Of a stretch of 64,000 bases of DNA, positions 61,323 through 64,000 are shown piece after piece (the first letter of the stretch is position 1; every line of letters starts with the position of its first letter). The DNA lies in contig CM000436.1 of NCBI GenBank assembly GCA_000165345.1, positions 352,001 through 416,000 of the forward strand. The letters run 5' to 3'. Made by a program: the position numbers and the translations under genes. The notes beneath the pieces were generated by a model. The model ran no database searches. It saw only the letters and a program-made list of their open reading frames with translations, and was not told the origin of the DNA.

Positions 61323-64000
61323 ATGACGTATGATGAGCATCTAGAACTGCGAAACGATCTTTATCAGACATCGCTTAGACTTTTTCGCAGTGATATAAAA
61401 TGGCTATCCGAATATATTCCCTCAGTATCAAAATGGCGAGTAAAAGTAATGCTGAAGGAGGAATTGGGGAGTTTTACAGGTGACAACTGTCCAAATAATC
61501 AATCCTCAACATATGGAAAAAGAATTTTTGGAAAAAATAATTTAACAAGTTCACCTCAACCTGAGGAAAACTTGGTAAGTATTAGCAATTCTGAAGGTTC
61601 ACCTAATTCTAATTTAAAACATAATTTATGTGATATCAACGATGCTATTATTAATAAAGAAGAGATTTCAATAAAAATTCCTTCTATACCTTCAAATTCT
61701 GAATCTCCCAATAATTCATTTTATTCGAACGGTGTATTTGCTACAGATAGTGAGAAAACAAACTCCGGTATTAATCATTTTGATAATGCATGTAAAATTA
61801 ATGTGGATAAAAATGACGAATTGCCGGTATATGACAAATTACATGTGGATAATAATAAAAATAATGAAATAAAAATTGAGCAAAAAGAATCTGTGTGTGC
61901 AAATGAAGAACAAAATGAAAAAAATGGATTAATTTTGAGTATTAATTTTGAAGATAATGAGAAGAGTGAGGTTAATGAATTTAATCAAGGTGAAGCTATA
62001 AATAGAGATCAAAGTGAGAGAGATGAGTTTAGAACTTACAATATTTTGACAGGTAAAGATGGTAAGTATTCCAAGGAAAAAGTTACCAATATTTCTTCAT
62101 TTGGCCTAACTTTATGGGAATATTTACCTTTGGTAGCAATATTGAGTGGCTGTACTGGAATATTTATTATTTTTAGACTATCTTCAGCAATGTATAGATA
62201 TTCTGTTCTATCTTGTATAATTTCTCATTTGATAACTTTTCTCTTAATTGGAATTCCCTTATCACAACTTGAGTTTTCTATGAGGAAAAAAGGTCAAAGA
62301 TATGGATTTTTGGAAGCAATGCAATATTTTAATCCTAAATATGTTGGAATAACCATTTTAAGTTTGGTTACAGTTATGATAATTTTTCTATATTCTGTTC
62401 AGATTATTAGTTCTTTGAGCGTTATATTGCATAATATCTCAAAGAAAGCATGGAGAATAACTTTTGATGATACATTAGTTTGCAGTCAAATAAATAATTC
62501 AATATTCCCAACAAATGGTGAACTAATTGATACTATAAAATCTGGAAAATTAACTTCAGAAAGACTCAACAATGCATACTCACTCTGTTCTCTTTCTTCT
62601 ATCTGTAATATGATTATTCCTTTCTTCCAGGATACAAATGGCATGATGAATGCTATCAAATCTTATATTACAACCTCTGAAACAGGAAATACCACAACAA
62701 ATTCCAGAGTTTTGGATAATTCAAACATTGAATTTTTTGAGAAAATCGATAAAGCTACAAATAATACTATTGATTCTCCATACTCTCCCAATTTTCCAAC
62801 ATGGTGTTTGCCTTCACCATCGAAAAAATTACGTAATTTGATGGTTTTGCAACAAAGTGGTTACCAGGAAACAATTTACTTCTCTTTAAAAAATGCTATA
62901 ATTAATACTGAAAACTTGTTTGAAACTCAGATCTTTCCTATGAAGAAGCCTTTGAAATGGTTTAATTCCAATTTATTAGCAAGAATTGTTGGAATTTCAT
63001 TTGCATTTATATTTATAATATTATCAATAAATGGAGGAGGAAAGCTTTATAGAGTTGCATCATTCTTATCATTTCTCTCTCTTATGACGCTATTTCTTAC
63101 TGCTTCAATTCAGATTGTTGCTAATGATATTCAACTTAATATATTCATTTCAATTCTAGTCACTCAGGAAGGAATTGAAAATCTATTTTCTCCAGCAATA
63201 TGGTACTGCTCAATAAACAATACTCTACTCTTCTTTGGAATTTCATTCTTAATTACAATGTTCCCTTTGAAGGAATTAATCAGAGAAGATTACAATACTA
63301 ATACTTCGAATTCTTTAGGTTATGAGAAAGATCATTTTTATGATAAATTTACGTATGATCACGTTAGTTCCAGACCAGAAGTTACTAAGAATTCGATTTC
63401 TTCTATTTTTGAGACTGAAAATCAAAAATCTGATAAAGTCCCAATTGGCTTCAAAAAACCAAGAATTGGTGAAATCACTCTTAGAAAGCATGTTTCCAGG
63501 ATATATAAATCAGTTTATAACCAAGAAATTGAAAAAAGTGATTTAAAACACAGAAATATTGAAGATTTTTCTATTGAAAATGTATCTAAAGTCCCAATCA
63601 ATTATAATAATGAGGAGAATACTATCAGTCAAAATCAAAATGTTAAAAATATGGCTTTAGAGTCCTGTCCAAATGGTCATGATGAACATAAACATTTCCC
63701 TTCTTTAATGAGCGCAGCTAATTCTGCTGTGTTCTTTCTTGCATGCGTAATGATATCGTCAATGGTTGTTTTAATATCTAACGCAGCTCTAATTTCCCTC
63801 TCTGAATCTCCATATACTCCTTTACTTCTTCCTTTCAATGAAAAGTATAGTAATGTATTTAGTAATGGCTCAATTAAAGGAAGTATCAATTATCAAGGAG
63901 TTTATAGACCAATTACAGAATCAGATCCCTATGCAAATAACAGAGCTTATTATTATTTTGATGGTTCAATGTACAAAGGATTTGAATATTTTAATACTTC
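61323..64000 (+). CDS. 3'-truncated multi-pass membrane protein (absent from ORF track); weak SLC6/NSS-like TM1-TM2 motif
   Basis: I checked the frame codon by codon from ATG 61323 (preceded by an in-frame TAA at 61317) to the window end and found no stop: at least 892 codons. There are about 9 or more hydrophobic helices (for example LWEYLPLVAILSGCTGIFIIF, ITFLLIGIPLSQLEF, GITILSLVTVMIIFLY, ARIVGISFAFIFIILSI, AVFFLACVMISSMVVLI). IGIPLSQLEFSMRKKGQ resembles the NSS-family GIPLFxLExxxGQ block. The N-terminal roughly 250 aa is hydrophilic. An E2F-like TTTGGCGGGAA site lies at 61131. Confidence 0.5.
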   Translation, partial: MTYDEHLELRNDLYQTSLRLFRSDIKWLSEYIPSVSKWRVKVMLKEELGSFTGDNCPNNQSSTYGKRIFGKNNLTSSPQPEENLVSISNSEGSPNSNLKHNLCDINDAIINKEEISIKIPSIPSNSESPNNSFYSNGVFATDSEKTNSGINHFDNACKINVDKNDELPVYDKLHVDNNKNNEIKIEQKESVCANEEQNEKNGLILSINFEDNEKSEVNEFNQGEAINRDQSERDEFRTYNILTGKDGKYSKEKVTNISSFGLTLWEYLPLVAILSGCTGIFIIFRLSSAMYRYSVLSCIISHLITFLLIGIPLSQLEFSMRKKGQRYGFLEAMQYFNPKYVGITILSLVTVMIIFLYSVQIISSLSVILHNISKKAWRITFDDTLVCSQINNSIFPTNGELIDTIKSGKLTSERLNNAYSLCSLSSICNMIIPFFQDTNGMMNAIKSYITTSETGNTTTNSRVLDNSNIEFFEKIDKATNNTIDSPYSPNFPTWCLPSPSKKLRNLMVLQQSGYQETIYFSLKNAIINTENLFETQIFPMKKPLKWFNSNLLARIVGISFAFIFIILSINGGGKLYRVASFLSFLSLMTLFLTASIQIVANDIQLNIFISILVTQEGIENLFSPAIWYCSINNTLLFFGISFLITMFPLKELIREDYNTNTSNSLGYEKDHFYDKFTYDHVSSRPEVTKNSISSIFETENQKSDKVPIGFKKPRIGEITLRKHVSRIYKSVYNQEIEKSDLKHRNIEDFSIENVSKVPINYNNEENTISQNQNVKNMALESCPNGHDEHKHFPSLMSAANSAVFFLACVMISSMVVLISNAALISLSESPYTPLLLPFNEKYSNVFSNGSIKGSINYQGVYRPITESDPYANNRAYYYFDGSMYKGFEYFNT

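Noticed and set aside
61575-62066. Two in-frame GGTAAGT strings (61575, 62061) inside the terminal ORF considered as splice donors
   Set aside because: The ORF reads through both without a stop. No suitably placed pyrimidine-rich AG acceptor restores a better model, and the flanking sequence is not intron-like in composition.

Overview
This 64 kb window is an AT-rich, very gene-dense eukaryotic segment with short intergenic spacers and only a few short introns. It looks apicomplexan, most like Cryptosporidium: the E2F-type motif TTTGGCGCC(AAA) and GCATGCA motifs recur in intergenic regions. The species cannot be confirmed from sequence alone.

I can support about 25 protein-coding genes on both strands:
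- centrin
- an LMBR1-like membrane protein
- SMC5
- a CUE+Smr (Cue2/N4BP2-like) protein
- a calpain-like cysteine protease
- a giant MED14-like Mediator subunit (about 2800 aa) with a huge poly-Q/N/H tail
- SPO11/TopoVI-A
- two SLC35-type nucleotide-sugar transporter paralogs
- an AGPAT-type acyltransferase
- DNA primase large subunit
- GH31 glucosidase II alpha
- a PP2C (PPTC7-like) phosphatase
- WDR3/UTP12
- RNA polymerase III subunit RPC5
- a PHAX-like RNA_GG_bind protein
- a CID-domain protein
- a Y_phosphatase3-family protein whose catalytic Cys is replaced by Gly (predicted pseudophosphatase)
- a formin
- several lineage-specific hypothetical proteins

Four genes need a short intron to make sense: SMC5 (53 nt), PriL (55 nt), the LMBR1-like gene (about 62 nt) and a small Cys-containing gene (178 nt). 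All use GTAAGT donors and pyrimidine-rich AG acceptors, and the ORF track splits or truncates them.

Several ORF-track entries start at TTG or GTG rather than ATG. I moved those starts to the first in-frame ATG.

A long open reading frame at 61323..64000 (a multi-pass membrane protein) is absent from the ORF track because it runs off the window end without a stop.

I saw no rRNA, tRNA, transposon, CRISPR or prokaryote-style defence island.

The main novelty candidates are:
- the unlisted terminal ORF
- the Cys-to-Gly pseudophosphatase
- the repeat-expanded MED14
- an apparent homopolymer frameshift in the LMBR1-like 5' exon
- a shared promoter motif grammar (GGCGCC / CACGTAAT / TGTCCACA / ACCGGTA / TGCATGCA)
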